A stretch of DNA of 64,000 nt from Puccinia triticina (GCA_026914245.1 CP110440.1:2356001-2420000), one strand, 5' to 3'. Positions 25,340-38,975 are shown, counted from the first letter of the stretch. Made by a program: numbers and translations. Notes: generated from the letters alone by a model not told the origin.

Positions 25340-26333
25340 CTGGCGGCTTGGGGGAGACCACCAGCCTTGCTCAATTCATCACCTCCAAAACCCTTGACAA
25401 AGCTGCTTTTGATTATTAAAGTGGCATCTTGAAATACCTTGGTGCTGAGAATCCTGATTTGTGGTACATATGTACATAGTGTTGGTTATGGTTTTTCCCC
25501 ACCACTGCTGCCATCAGTGTTTTGCGCATTCAATTGATGGCTGTGTTGGCTATGTGATCAAATGTCACAAAATATAAATCTGCAGAGAAGTTTTGGAGTT
25601 GTACAGTTGTGGATGGTATAGACCTGTAGTGCCCTGCCTGAAACTTGCATGGAGGCCCCAGGAGGGTACAGATTTGTAGAGTGCAAAAATACAAGCACTA
25701 AGAATCTAAGCCACTGGAGGAATTGCTGTCAATCTAGAAACCCAGATTTTCTCAGTTTTTGCAGGGAAATTTAGGCAGATCCAGGCTTTAGGAAAATCTA
25801 GACTAGATTTCCCTGTGAAATCTGGAAAAATCTGAATTTCCAGATTGAAAGGAAGTGCCCCAGTGGTTCATTTTTCTTTCTCTTGACATGGAAATTTTTG
25901 GTCCTTTCCCGCCATAACTATGGGATTATGGGAAAGATATACGTGGCTTTCCTAGTACAACTCTATATATGGCCTATATTGAGTGCTCTTTGGTTTTAGA
26001 AGGTAGGATTGTGCCCCTGGAGAAGTTTTTCCCTGGCTTTAAACCCTTTAGCGCAGTATTCTTTCCCATTTTTTTGCCTGAGAAATGGGCCTAGATACCT
26101 ACAGGTCTACAACATACGCAACTGTAGTCAGAGCTTTCAAATAAGTTCGCAATGTGAAATGTCACCGCGGAGCACAGCCTCTCTCGTTCAAACCACCATA
26201 AAAATGTTCCAAGGAAGAAGTTTGATCAGCTGGTTTTATTTCCCTCAAAGTCATGAGTGTCTTGCAATAAAAGCTGCTTTTGACTTTGAGCCCTTCACGT
26301 CCTTCAGAATAGAGATCCTTCAAGTTATTTGCA

Positions 26334-27295
26334 ATGGTTACCTGGTTATTATTCCTAATAGTTAAGCGCTCTTTATTCCCTTACGGCATGGTGATGTACT
26401 CCTCAAAACCTCTCCCTGATGAATGAATTTTTAGCTTGTTGGTTATAGCTCACAAGTGGACTCTTCAGTAGAGCTTGCAAAGTATCCAGATGTTGGACAC
26501 TCTGGAGAGCCTGCTAGTGCCTCCAACATATTTCAACATCACCCAATTCAAGTTAACGTGGATTTGCCTCATGGTCAACCCCCAAATGTTTGTGGATTGT
26601 TCTTGCTAGATTTCCCATTGAATTCAAGTTTTCTGCAAGTTGATTTTTTTTTATGGTTGGGTGGGCAGCCCGAGGTCAATTTGCAAATTGGTGAAGACAA
26701 AAAGGCCAGTATGAAAGCTCCAGAACCTTCAACTTGCGCACCCACTGATATCACAAGCTACAGTGGTGGAGCCCTACATATTGAAATTCCCATTCCACTG
26801 AAGGAACTTGAAGAAGAGTGTCTGATTTGCACTGGAAATTTATCATCTCTCTATAAAGTGCTGCCGAAATGCAAACATGCATTTTGCGCTGAATGTATTG
26901 ACACATGGTTCAAAGACCATTATACCTGTCCAACTTGCCGAACAGAGGATCCTGAAGCAAAATTTGCCTACGATGCTATCGCTGCGGCATTAAAAGAAGC
27001 AGAAAGAAATGCTCGAATTGAGGATATTAGATCACAACTGGAAGCTCAAGCAGTAGCACTGGAACAACACGAGCAGGAATTAGTGCTTCAGCAGCGGCAG
27101 ATGAGGAACCAATTAATCCGTCTGGTTGTTTCATTGAGCTTGACCATAGGTGTTACTCTATTTCTAGTTATTTCAATGCTAAGACAGTAAGTTTTTGATT
27201 GGATTTTCCGGTGGAATTTCAGTTTAGACCAACTTTTGACATGCTTCTGATGCAACCCCTTCACCACCAGTACTAGATATTTGAACCTCAAATAA
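26334..27295 (+). CDS. signal-peptide-like N-terminus + RING-HC + C-terminal TM protein, paralog 1
   Basis: Exons 26334-26360, 26435-26587, 26669-27186 and 27271-27295. N-terminus MVTWLLFLILVGYSSQVDS; RING CLIC...CKHAFCAEC...W...CPTC; TM LVVSLSLTIGVTLFLVISML. Confidence 0.8.
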
Positions 27296-27583
27296 AATTC
27301 CAAGCAGTAGCTATTACTATCCTCCTCATATGCAGCCATAATTTTTGACATGGAAATTTACACAACTAGACTGCTTACCTCAGCCTATTTGACAGCTCTG
27401 TTTATGAAGCTTAGTGCAAAAACCCGTCAAAATTGGGGTTTTTGGGCCCTAGCACTATAACTGTGCTGATGTAAACACTGGTAATATAAATTACCAAACT
27501 TGTTATGTGGTAAATATGGCCACTACAAGGGTTTTGAACACTCTTTAAAAGAGGAAGATTTATTATGTAATTAATAATATATA

Positions 27584-27744
27584 GGCCCCATTTGGCTGCC
27601 GCGTTATACGTCATAAATTGTCAAATTTATGACGCGCAACCCCCGGGGGTTTCAAAGTTTTGGTGGCAACGGGGGGCAAACTTTGGGTTGCGGCGTCATA
27701 AATTACATGATTTATGACATATAACGCGGCAGCCAAACGGGGCC
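27584..27744. mobile_element. PIF/Harbinger-type MITE, family 1 (second copy, inverted)
   Basis: GGCCCCATTTGGCTGCC...GGCAGCCAAACGGGGCC with TSD ATA. Homologous to 1012-1172. Confidence 0.85.
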
Positions 27745-28292
27745 ATAATTATTAATTACAGGGAATAAATTTGGCGTAAAAAGTAGGTGGTAAGCGCTTA
27801 AACTGATTGGCTGCTTGACAGAGGCGGAGGTCTTACTGCAACTACTTATAAGGATAAATCTTTAAATATGCTAATAAGGGATTTTTGATGATTTAAAAGG
27901 TTTAATCCAGTGGATTTTGCGTGCTGGGGATGGTTTTCAGGGAAAAAGGGGCTACAGTAGTAGCAGAGGAGAATATTCATGGCAAACTTACAGTTTCTGG
28001 GAGGTGAATGGTCTGGGGAATCTTTTCCTGAGGGCCAAATAGGCCTCTATTTATAGAGGGGACTTCAGTGGGTGCAACCACTAAGTCCTTTTCTCCCTAT
28101 GGGAGTATCCTGAGGTGTGGACGTGAATAAGGCTTGGCTGTGGGCCATTTATTTGTATTATAATAGACTAATTTCCCTGACTCTGTCACATGACATATTT
28201 ATAACCAATTGTCATGTGAAAGAGCTTCAGTAGAAGACTACATAATGTTTTCACGGGGTGTTTTTACACAAATAATATTACTCTTTAATTTA

Positions 28293-29087
28293 CGGACTTA
28301 CTTCGCGCACTGCAAAAAGCTCTTCGTGCACTGTGCAGTGCGCGAAGTTTGCAAACACTTCGTGCACTGTGCAGTGCGCGAAGTTTGCAAACACTTCGCG
28401 CACTGCGCGTGAAGGGCGCAACTTTTTCAAATTATTTTTTTACCAATCAATAGAAAAGCTTGTTTTTTTCCTCTGTGAATTTATTTGGAGTTTTTTGAAG
28501 CTTCCTTGTATGCTTAAAAATCCCACCAATAAAAAAAACAAGTACAGCCATTTGGGGACCTGGAATTCATATTCCCACAGGCCAAAAAATCCAAATAATT
28601 TAGTGAATCATATTAAATATGTACTTAAAAGTTTTAGAACTTTTTGGCCACTTTGTACAAGGACAAGGCTTTCATAAACCAGTAACTTTTTCTCAAGATA
28701 TGCCAAAATGCGCCAGTAAGTGGTGAACTTTCCTAATTTTTGGAAGCCTTATTCTTGCAGAAAGTGGCCAAAAAACTCTAAAAAGTTTGAATTCATATGT
28801 ATCATGATTCACTAAATTATTTGGATTTTTTTGACTGGTGGGAATATGGATTCCAGGTCCCCAAGTGACTGTACTTGCTCTTTTTATTGGTGGAATTTTT
28901 AAGCATACAAAGAAGCTTCAAAAAACTCCAAATACATTTACAGAGGACAACAATAAGCTTTTCTATTGATTGTTAAAAAAATAATTTGAAAAAGTTGCGC
29001 CCTTCACGCGCAGTGCGCGAAGTGTTTGCAAACTTTGCGCACTGCACAGTGCGCCAAGAGCTTTTCGCAGTGCGCGAAGTAAGTCCG
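28293..29087. mobile_element. foldback MITE with very long TIRs
   Basis: CGGACTTACTTCGCGCACTGC...GCAGTGCGCGAAGTAAGTCCG. The arms pair over most of the element. Perfect 8-bp TSD TTAATTTA. Confidence 0.85.
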
Positions 29088-29924
29088 TTAATTTACTGTA
29101 GTTTGATTTTATGTACTTTATTTATTTTTACTAATTTTTGTATGTAATCCTTTTTTGGGCGCTTTCTGGGGCCAATTCTTAATTATAAAATTAGTACATG
29201 AAGGAATAGGAATAAGGGGTTACTTTAAGTGGGTGGCCCCCCTTAATTGATGATGAGGAATCTGATTCTGCAATAATAATTCACTAATTATTATTATTTA
29301 CTAAGTTATTGCAGTCTTTTGGATACTTGATGTATCTCTAAGGCTGACACTGTTCATAAAATACAAGTGTGGTGGGGTGCCAGAATCATCACACAACCTG
29401 CTTTCAAAGCTCCATTGGAATCCTTGTTGTGGTCAGTGGTTCAATACCACGTGAATTCCAGGACTGCAAGCCGCTGCTCCAATCTTGTGCATAGACAGGA
29501 TCCTGGAAACACCCTATAGAGGTGGCTAACCAAAATTCCAAGATTTTGGCAAAATTCATACATCAGGGGCACTGGGTGATTGATTTTTTTTTGGCTCATT
29601 CATACATTTGTGTGCCTATGCTTGAAAGTTGATGGAAAATATGCCCAGGGAACCCAGAAAACCCAATGACAAGCAGGTTTCTGCAGGTTTTAGAAGATTT
29701 AACTGAATTTCAGTGGAAATTCATTATGCTATGTTTTGTGCATACCCTTTTGGGTTTCAAGGCCCATTTATACCAATTTTGTGTGTAACATTGTGCAAAA
29801 AAATGTAAAAATTCATAACCCACCTCCTTCCAGGGTGTTCAGGGTCCTACGGGCCTCATGTGGGATCTTCAAGGATTCACCGGGATATCCTTGTCAAAGA
29901 ACTCTCCAGGTGTAGGGCCCCAAA

Positions 29925-30712
29925 TAAGGGTGATAATAGGCCTGCCCAGATCCAGCCAGGTTTGGGCCGGGCATGGACACACTTTTCTGAAAAGTATAGA
30001 CTTTGGAATGGCCCGCTAACTGCTACCAAATGGTGCAGGCTGCCCAAAATGGGTGTGCGGGTTTACTCAATCTGACCCAAATATCCCCCGGATACCTGCC
30101 CAAGCCCATTGTAAATGGATGTACCCTGTGGGCCGCAGGGTGCTAAACTTGATCTTTATCTGGAAGAAAAAATATTGGAATCACTGACACAAATCACTTT
30201 GACATATTTGGTGGAAGATGAATGAATCACAATTTCCATCCTTTTCAAAACCTGCAAAGCTTATCCTGATGACACCAGCCACCTCCGTGGCATCCAGATC
30301 AGCCTTTTACAACGGGGGCTGTGTCTTTGATGACTACCACTGTTGCCTCAACAAAGATAATTCTGAGGCCCTTTTGTGCACCCAAGACTGGGCGAAGAAG
30401 TAGAAGACACTTTTCTCTCTCATCATGGGCACCCTAGGTACATCTTGTTTCCATCCTGGACAGTGGAATTGGATCAACGGGTTTTGACATGTTTTTTTCT
30501 GTTCTTTTTTACAAAACAATCTTATCTCCATTTTTCTTCTTTGGCCCAAGGGATCCCCGCTTTACCCGCCTGTCTTCAAGCCTCCGCCCACGTCCGCAAT
30601 GGGCCGGACACAATGTTTTGGTGTTTGGACCCGGCCCGGCCTGTCCAGTATTGCAGCGGGCCGAGCCGGGCTAGCCCGCGGGTAGGCCGAGCCCGCTCGA
30701 TTATCATGCTTA
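29925..30712 (+). mobile_element. internally deleted hAT transposon
   Basis: TIRs TAAGGGTGATAAT / ATTATCATGCTTA with 8-bp TSD GCCCCAAA / GCCCCAAT. Residual hAT dimerisation domain ESQFPS...PATSVAS...EALLCTQDW at 30218-30403. Confidence 0.85.
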
Positions 30713-30850
30713 GCCCCAATTGTAGTGCCCGCGGTGGAGATGCTCTGGGCTGACGGAGGGTACCTGCCGGGCTAAGTCTCGAGACTGAGCAGAATCCCGG
30801 GCAATAGCAGCCACGACACTCGCCAAGACGGCCGGAAGACCACCGGACAG

Positions 30851-31688
30851 ATGATAGGGCGCAAGGACGGGAGGACGCTCTCGGGGTCGACGGCGGAGGA
30901 CGAGGAAACGATGGAGCTGTCGGCGGAGGCGCAGATGAAGATCATCCACGAGACGGGCATCCTGGAGCGCATCCCTCGTCGGCGATTCGCCGATGCCCCC
31001 TCCTCATCATCCCTCTCATCCAGGCCGCCGCCGCTCGTCCAGTTCTCCACCCTCGACCGCGCCGCGTTCGCCGATACACTCAAAACCCCTACTGCTGCCG
31101 ACTATCACATCGATAACGAGGATGACGACGACCTGGAAACCGTTCGCAATCTGCCTAACCATCCGACACCCGCCGACCAAATCGATACGTTGCCCCTCTG
31201 GGCCGACCGGGCATTCGATACTTTCCTCTGGTCGATCCCTTTCATGACGGTCTTTGTGTGTTTGTGAGTACGTTCCCAATGAAGCTGTTACCACCACCAC
31301 GCTCCAGAAGAGAAAGGCTGATGGCAAAAACGTGACCGGAAGGGATGTGGCAATCCATGCCCAATATGGCCAGCCGTTGAAGGTATGGAGCGAGCTAAGC
31401 CGGATGGGCAACGTGTATCCAAGTGCGCTATTTCTAATCCATTACACGTTACATTACCATGAGCAAGTGTTAGCAAACCTGCTCCTCTTTGGCCTCTCGA
31501 CCATCGGTGGCTCGTACATGGTCTACATCATGAACCGTCTCTCGTACCTGCTTGTCATGCGTCGAGTCCCCCCGCTAGGCGCTCTCTGGATCTACGCCGT
31601 TGTCCGAATGCATCTCTCCCATGCTGTCCTCAGTCTCCTCTTGGTAGCCCTTTGGGCTTGGGTCATGAATCTCAGCATTTATGTATAG
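30851..31688 (+). CDS. hypothetical multi-pass membrane protein (2 exons)
   Basis: Intron 31264-31342 (GT...AG) joins the two ORFs in frame (...VCL|DVAIHAQY...). Acidic N-terminus followed by several hydrophobic helices, with GC-rich coding composition. Confidence 0.8.
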
Positions 31689-32324
31689 CTAAACCTAACA
31701 GTTAGTGTAGCTCTTTAGACTGCTAACATCACTAAAATGATGATTATCAAGAATTTGACTAGTGTTTATAACCTTTTATTAAAAAAAATCAACCTGACAC
31801 TATGCTAACAGTAATCTGTTTTCTTCGAGAAAATGCCTTAGAGTACTGTATTGGTGCAGGTGTAAGTATCAAAGTCCTTGTCCCCGCTGCGACCGGGGGG
31901 GGGGGGGGGGGGGGGGGGGGCACCCATTTAGCCCGGTCGAGATGCATAGCATTGAGATCTCACTTAGGACTAATCAGGACATCTGGCCTGAGAGGATCTG
32001 CAAAGTTTGATGGTAGACACTGTCATCACCACCTGCAGAACTCAATTTTTGACTAATTTTTTTTCTTGTCTTGATGGTTTGAAGCTTCTATTTTTCTGAA
32101 CCAAACTTTTTGGGAATCCATTGCCCTTGCGCCCCAAAAAATATCCAACGTGGAGATGCTTGGCTGCTTACAGGCCAAGGAGGTGTGTTCTTTATTAAGA
32201 TTTAATTTAGGTGGGAGATAAAACTGTTAAATTTGGACGTGTCTTTGAGAAGTCACTATTTTCAAAAAGAAAAAAATAGAAAAAAATGAGAAAACTTGGG
32301 GGGAAGCCACCTACACCATGGGAC

Positions 32325-32710
32325 TGTAGCCAGGCTACAGGTACCAGACGGGTTACCACCTGTTCTGGAGTCAAGACGTAAGAGGCGCACCCGCCTCCCT
32401 TGCCTAGATTGGACTAGGGCTGGAGTTAGGCCTAGTGCCTCCATTCTTTCTTCTCACTACAGCCGCAGGGGTTTTTCCTGTACAGCTGTAGACTTTGTTT
32501 GCACCCCTGTATTCAGGGGTTTTTCTTGTTTCATTCTCAAGGCCACTATATAAAGTGGCCTCTCTTATGTTGTAGGGGGGTTTTCCCCCAGTTCCTTTTT
32601 AGATTTGGAATACCAGGCATTTCACCAGTTTCCTCTCATCTCTTTTGCGCGCCTATTCCCGCTGAGCCTCTGCATCCTGAAGAGCCCCGCTTCAGGACCA
32701 GTATTTAAGA
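32325..32710 (+). mobile_element. probable LTR remnant
   Basis: Starts TGTAGCCAGGCTACA shortly after a purine-rich GGGGGGAAG tract and contains CTATATAAAG. The right end is not defined. Confidence 0.35.
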
Positions 32711-35673
32711 TTTGTACCTGTCCTGAGGATGCTTTTTTCAAAAAGTAATCCCGGGACAGCTTGAAAGTGTCCTGGGGACACTACAGGCCACCATTGGTCC
32801 CAAGGATGCCCTCACAAGCATCCTGAGGACCCATCTGCACCAAGAGCATCCCAAGGATGCATTATTGAGCTCAGAAAAACCCATCATCAGGATACCATTT
32901 GAGAAGTTGTCCTGAGGATGATTTTGAACACCAATCCTCAGGACACTCTTCATCAAGGTGTCCCAAGGATTGCCTCACAGAATTTGTGAAGCTACATGGA
33001 TTATGTATGACTTCACATGCAACTTGCACATGAGAAATGTCAATAGGCAAGTTGGTTAGCTCTCCCACACCACACATCTTGCTGCTAAAGCAGCTTGTGA
33101 TGTCCCCGAACCCACTTGGGCTTGCTGCCCAACCTGTGTGGTTTCCTGCTCCCGGGTCTGGGGGTGTTGCTGATGTCGCCAGGGGGTAGCGGAAGGCAAT
33201 TGATTGCCGACGGGGGTACTAGAGGTTGGCAGTTTGGTCCTGCCTGGGTCTGGGCTTGTTTTTGGTCCTGGTGGGCAGACATGCATCCTGAGGATGCAAT
33301 TGAGAATGGCTTTTTAGCATCCAGAAGATAACCTGATGACACTTTTGCAAAGATGCCCCAGGTGTAGTTTGACTATATGGATCCTGGGGATGCTTTTTGC
33401 CCTGCCACAGGAGGTGCATCCAAATGAACTCCCAACATGCATCCCCAAGACAGCACATTCAGCCTGTGGTGTATGTATGATTGGAGCTAAGATGCTAGCG
33501 CTCAGCTGGGATAAATTAAGGACTGCAGAAAGTGAATTGAATATTTTACAAGGGACAAAGAAGAAATGCTACATGTATTTTTGAGATTCTCTCACACAAA
33601 AATCTCATTGTTAGTCATAAGCCCTGGTGGTTCCGTCAACAGTAGGTAGGTATGGTGTGGTGGCCAAAATTGTGGCGGCTATGGCATCAGTATTTTTCAG
33701 TCATTTCTCAGTTTCAGTCATGGCAGATACAGGATCAAGAACCCTCAAGATCAATCAGTGCAGTGTGGGCGCAGGACTACTTTCCCCTTTCTTTTTGCTT
33801 GTTTTGTCTCTTATTTCTCTTTCTTGGTTTGTTTTGTTTGTATTTTCTCTTTTCTTATATGTGCACTCTTGAATGGAGATGTATGTGGTGGGTTGATGCA
33901 TTGTTGTGTGTTTTCTTTGGTTGTGTTCTGTTCTCTTTTCCTTCTTGTTTTTGTGCGTGCAGAGGCGTGCAGGTGCATGATGACCTGTCCATACATGTCA
34001 CGGTTCCCAGAGTCTGAGTTCAGCTTGAACTCATATGATGGGGCGGCATGGGACTTTGTCTGAACCATTTTTTTCTAGATCATTTCCATCAGCACCTTGT
34101 GAATCCAAAAGTAAGAGTTTATTGATCCCCTTTCCCAAATCCGTGTGCCTTCTGAGTTCAGACTCTCAGCACCTCAAGTCCTATTTTCAATATTGTAACA
34201 ATGTTTCTCTTGTTACCGTTACTGTTAACTGTAATGTAAATGCGTTACAACATTGCACACCCAGGATGTTTGATTTTTGACATTGATTACAATATCTGCC
34301 CGCACAGAGGGGCAGATATTGGAATATATATGATCCAGAGGGGGGCATTTGCCCCTCTTTATCTTGTTAACCGGTGAGGGACTCCTGTCCGTACTAGCGG
34401 TGGCAGTCGTGTGAGGGGATGGTTGCTGTTTAGGCTGCCCTCGGGGTAATGGTCCGTAGAGAAGAGCGCTGAAAGGAATTGGGATAGCTCGTGGGTGTGG
34501 GTGGTTTTGAGATGTTCGCCGGGGGTTTGGATCCTCGGCGGCCGTTGTTTGTTTTGGGAAGTTGGGGAATGTGATCTTGAGGAAAAGGGAAGAAAGGATC
34601 TGGGAAATCTGGATGAAAGATGATTGGCGAGCTGAGCTCAAAGGTTTGAAACTCTGATGATGGATCTATAAACTCATGATGGACTGTATTCTGGGGATCA
34701 GAATGCCATGGCCACCCATCATCCAAGTTGAAGCTGAACTTGGACTCTGGGTGACATGTCACATACATTTCATCACATCCTCCGCGCGCTACGCGCGCAC
34801 ACACACACAACAGATAACAGAAGCAGGAAAAGAAAACAAAGGAAATATGGAAATCACGGTGAGATGAGACAGAAGGAAAAGAACCAGAAGAAAGAAAGGA
34901 AAAAAAGGAGAGAGAAGACAGAAAACACTCAAGACAGGCAAACAAACAGAAGAGAAAGAACCAGAAACAAACCAGGGAATAAACCCACAGCAGGCGCTGT
35001 GTTAGGACCAAGAAAGCTGAAGAAGGAGATGAGGATTTGAGAAGTAGTAGGAATGGAAAGATGGAAAGCAGGGAAAATGAAGGGGAGAGGGGGGAAGGAG
35101 TATGGAAGAGAGGGGTAAAAAATGGGGAGATAGGGGGAGAGGGTGAATCCTTCAAGGTCTTGGGGGTCTTGATGCCTTGAGAGTGAAATCTTGAAGGAGG
35201 TGGAGTCTTGATGATCTTGCTGGCGGCGATGATCTTGACTAGGTGATGATCTTGACTAGGTGACCACAAGAAAGGCCACCACACCAGTGGTTAACGTGTG
35301 ACACTACTAGTAACGCAAGTAACAAACCAAAAAAATTGGGCCTGGGGTTAAAATGTTTGTTACCAGTAGTGCTAACGCCTGAGCGCAGTAACCGCAAGTG
35401 TTATGCTATGAATATAATGGTGATTATTGTAGCGTATTGTAACTACCCACCATTGGTACCATGGACTTTTTTATGCTTGGTGTAAGTGTACTCTCAGACC
35501 CATGCTAATCCTGGTTGTTGACTACATTGGTTGCTGGTAAATACATAAATGTGTAAGTATGTGGTATGCACCTACAGATTATTTAATATGTGTCAGGTGC
35601 ATACCTTTGAGTGTGTGTAACTTACCCCCCAGGCACTTTTTTTTAACTACTGGCTCTTGTATTTTTGATATGG

Positions 35674-36478
35674 ATTTACTTTGCGCAGGGAGGGGAACTC
35701 ATTGTGCACGAGAATTTCTATTGGCTCAACATCACTTGAAATTGGGCCCCCCTCTGTGCGCGCCACCAGATCCCCCAAAAAATCTATCTGCACACAGAGG
35801 CGCTGTGTGGTGACAGGTGGCCAGGTTGAGACACTCCGGCCAGCCGGAGGAATCAATCCTCTCAGTGACTGGTCTATTCCGGTCATCAAGAGGGATGTGG
35901 CCCCTCATGTGAAGCCCTGCCACCACACCGGCTCAGGTTTCACAGAACAGTCCCCAATGCTTACTCAGCAACCACCACCACAAAATTTTAGACTTGACGC
36001 GTCCGCGCCTGCCTAGCTCAGTAGAGAAAAGCTGATTCCCTTCTACTGAGCTAGGTATCTTCCCCATTTCCCTTTCTCAATTCTCCTTTTCCTCTTTCCC
36101 TTCTTTCCTGCCTCATCTGTTGTACACAGTAGAGAAAAGCTGATTCCCTTCTACTGAGCTAGAATTGCAATTCACACTGCTGGGTCCTAGGATTTCTCTC
36201 CAAGAATACAGGTCTTGTCTAGCCCCAAACCCTTACTGGATCCCCTGAGATCTCTCTACTGGAATATGGTGAAGAGTCTAACAGAGACTCTTAGACCTCA
36301 ATGACCTGTACAGACCGGTTCAACCCAGCAACCTGTCACCGCACGGCACCTCTGTGTGCGGATAGTTTTTTGGGGGATCTGGTGCGCACGGAGGGGGGCC
36401 CAATGTCCAGTGACGTCAAGTCAATGGAAATTCCCGCGCGCAACAAGTTTCCCTCTGTGTGCATTGAAGTAAATCTGT
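35674..36478. mobile_element. MITE-like inverted-repeat element interrupted by a solo LTR; another copy at ~37385-37757
   Basis: GATTTACTT...GGGCCCCCCTCTGTGCGCGCCACCAGATCCCCCAAAAA recurs inverted at 36315-36478. Confidence 0.6.
35908..36295. mobile_element. solo LTR
   Basis: Begins TGTGA and ends TTAGA (probably a mutated TTACA), with 5-bp TSD CCTCA. It has an internal direct repeat, as does 59424-59774. Confidence 0.75.
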
Positions 36479-38975
36479 TTTGATATCATAGGGGTCTATA
36501 CCCACAAAATCCTTGTCTCTACTTTGAATATGCATAGTGTGGAATGTCAAATAAAAACTGCACTTAAAAAAAGAGGGAAGAAGGGAATATGCATGTGGAA
36601 CCTGCTTACTCCCAGGATTAGCAAGAAGTAAAGTTTCTCCTTGCTACTCCATTTCCTACTCCTGGGAGTATTTACTCAAAAAATAACCCGCCTTGATGTG
36701 TTTGAGTGGTTGGATTATTTAGGCTAATACAAGCTAAAACCAAAACCAATGTTTTTGATCTTAGTGTTAATTGGAAAAAATGGGAGCTAACAGTAAATTA
36801 TGCTATGCTACAGCTAATGTTAGTGTAGCTGACCCACTGTTGCAGGGAGCCTGCCATGGCATTTGTGCCTGAAATAATGCTACTTTTATCAGTCAGGACT
36901 TGAGAAGATATCATTTGGTACCTGTGGCGGGTTTATAACAGCACAGATTCTGTTACCTTTTTGTTATACTACTGTTTCTGGTAGCTTAACCTCCCATTCT
37001 TGCTGGTAAAATGTGATGTATGTTAATATGCCCCAAATTGATTCCTGAGACTCAATCATTTGTAGCAATTGAGTTTTGAAACTCAATTATTTATAACAAT
37101 TGAGTACTTCCACTCAATTATATTCATAACAATTGAGTACTGCCACTCAATTTTAGTCCCCCAACTCAACTAAAAGGAACAATCAAGGACCCACACAAAA
37201 TTGGATGTGAATTAATCTGAGTTTTACTGACCTGGAGCCCAAAAATAGCGCTGGCAATACCCATGGTATATATCTATCTATGCAGTACCCATTGTTCCCC
37301 ACAGGCAGTGCAGGGCACTTTAAGTTTTTTGTGAACATTTTTGTACAAAATTGACAACTTGGAATGACTGATCAGTATCACTTGCTTTCTCTGTGCACAG
37401 AAGGAAACTTTTTGTACACAGGAATTTCCTTTGACTCAATGTCACTTGACCTCTGTGCGCGCCACCAGCTCCCCCCAAAAACCTATCTGCAAACGGGGGG
37501 TGTCCACCGGTGGCTGGGTTGAGACACACTGGCCATCCGTAGGAATCAGTCCTCTCACTGACCAGTCTTTCCAGTCATCAAGGGGACACAACCCTCTTGA
37601 TGGCTGGTCTATTCTGTTCATCAAGAGTCACCCCATGTGCAGATAGTTTATTGGGGGGAGCCGGTGGTGCGCACAGAGGGGGGCCTGACAAAGTCACATC
37701 CAGCCAACAGAAATTCACATGTACAACAAGTTTTGCTCCGTGCGCAAAGTAAATCTGAATTTCAAAATTTTGTTCATAAAGGCCTTAAATTTAGCTCCAA
37801 AGTTTTGTAAAATTCAATTGTGCTGGGGGTTCACAATTGATATTTGCTTAACTTTAGGGCACTTTTTAAAGTGTTTCTGAACAAATTTTCTAAAAATTGA
37901 TGAATTGCACAGATTTATCAGAAGCACCACCTCCATCTGGACAGATTTCCAAAATTTAATTTTTCTGTTCATAACCAATGAGACAACTGCTACACACAGC
38001 TTTGAATGCGCCACACGCTAACCAACAGCGCAATTCCATAGACCCTTGATCATTTGAATCCACCCAGCCCAGCCCACAACTGCACTCCGCCCGCCCAGGA
38101 AGAACCTGTTTTCAATTGGCAACTGTTTCAACGCCTTTTGAAACATCAAGGTCAGTCATGCCGTCTGCAGGAATGTACCAGCTCTTCTCTCACAAATAGA
38201 AGCTGCAAATGCCTGCAATGCTTCAAGCTTCCGCGCCTCTTCCCTTTTCCTCCTGGATCCCGCAGGATACGTTGTCTGCCTCTGACCTGATTTTGGCAAA
38301 AATCAGCAAACAGCAAGAACAAGGACAGCCAACTGTCTTGGAAAGGATGAGGTCTCAGACTGTTTCTTTGGCCAGAATCGGGGCCAATAGCCTTGCTTAG
38401 GTTCAACTACCGTCAATGGAACTCCCAGAAGACCTTCTGCAGGCAGCCCCAGAGCAAGCCAGTGCTTGTGGGATTATCCTTGGGTGGAGACAGTGGGCTA
38501 GCATGTTATTTTTCTTAGGATAACTTGCATGTTAATCAAACAGGCTTGTCAGTTTCAGTTATTATTGAGGTACTTGTTTTTATAGGGGCAGGTGGATAAA
38601 TTCCTAGATTTAAGTTTTGGCTGGGTGAGATTGAAAATTATGGATAATCATCATTGCAGCTGCATATACCAGCTACACATTTGCATGGTTTCAGAATTCT
38701 AATACAAAATCAATTTGTGTGCCTTGAATCAAGACAGATAAAAAGTTGTGAAGAAAAGAGCCCAATGTGGGGAATTGCAGATGAAGGAAATTTTAAGGAA
38801 CGGAATAGTAAACCAAACTGTGTAAACATTATGAGGCCCTGCCACACTTTCATTTTCTCAACAAATATTGGATGTAAGCTGTCTGTATAAATTTTAACAG
38901 TTATGCAAATTTCCATTTCAAAAATTATACTGAACATAATGAGGATGAAAGTGAAAGATACTTCTTGGAAATTAA

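Noticed and set aside
31896..31920. Long poly-G tract (also poly-C near 24555 and poly-G near 55650)
   Set aside because: Homopolymers of uncertain length accuracy, with no supporting functional context.
34430..35284. 284-aa minus-strand ORF
   Set aside because: Phe/Ser/Leu-rich translation of purine-rich repeat sequence, with no domain.
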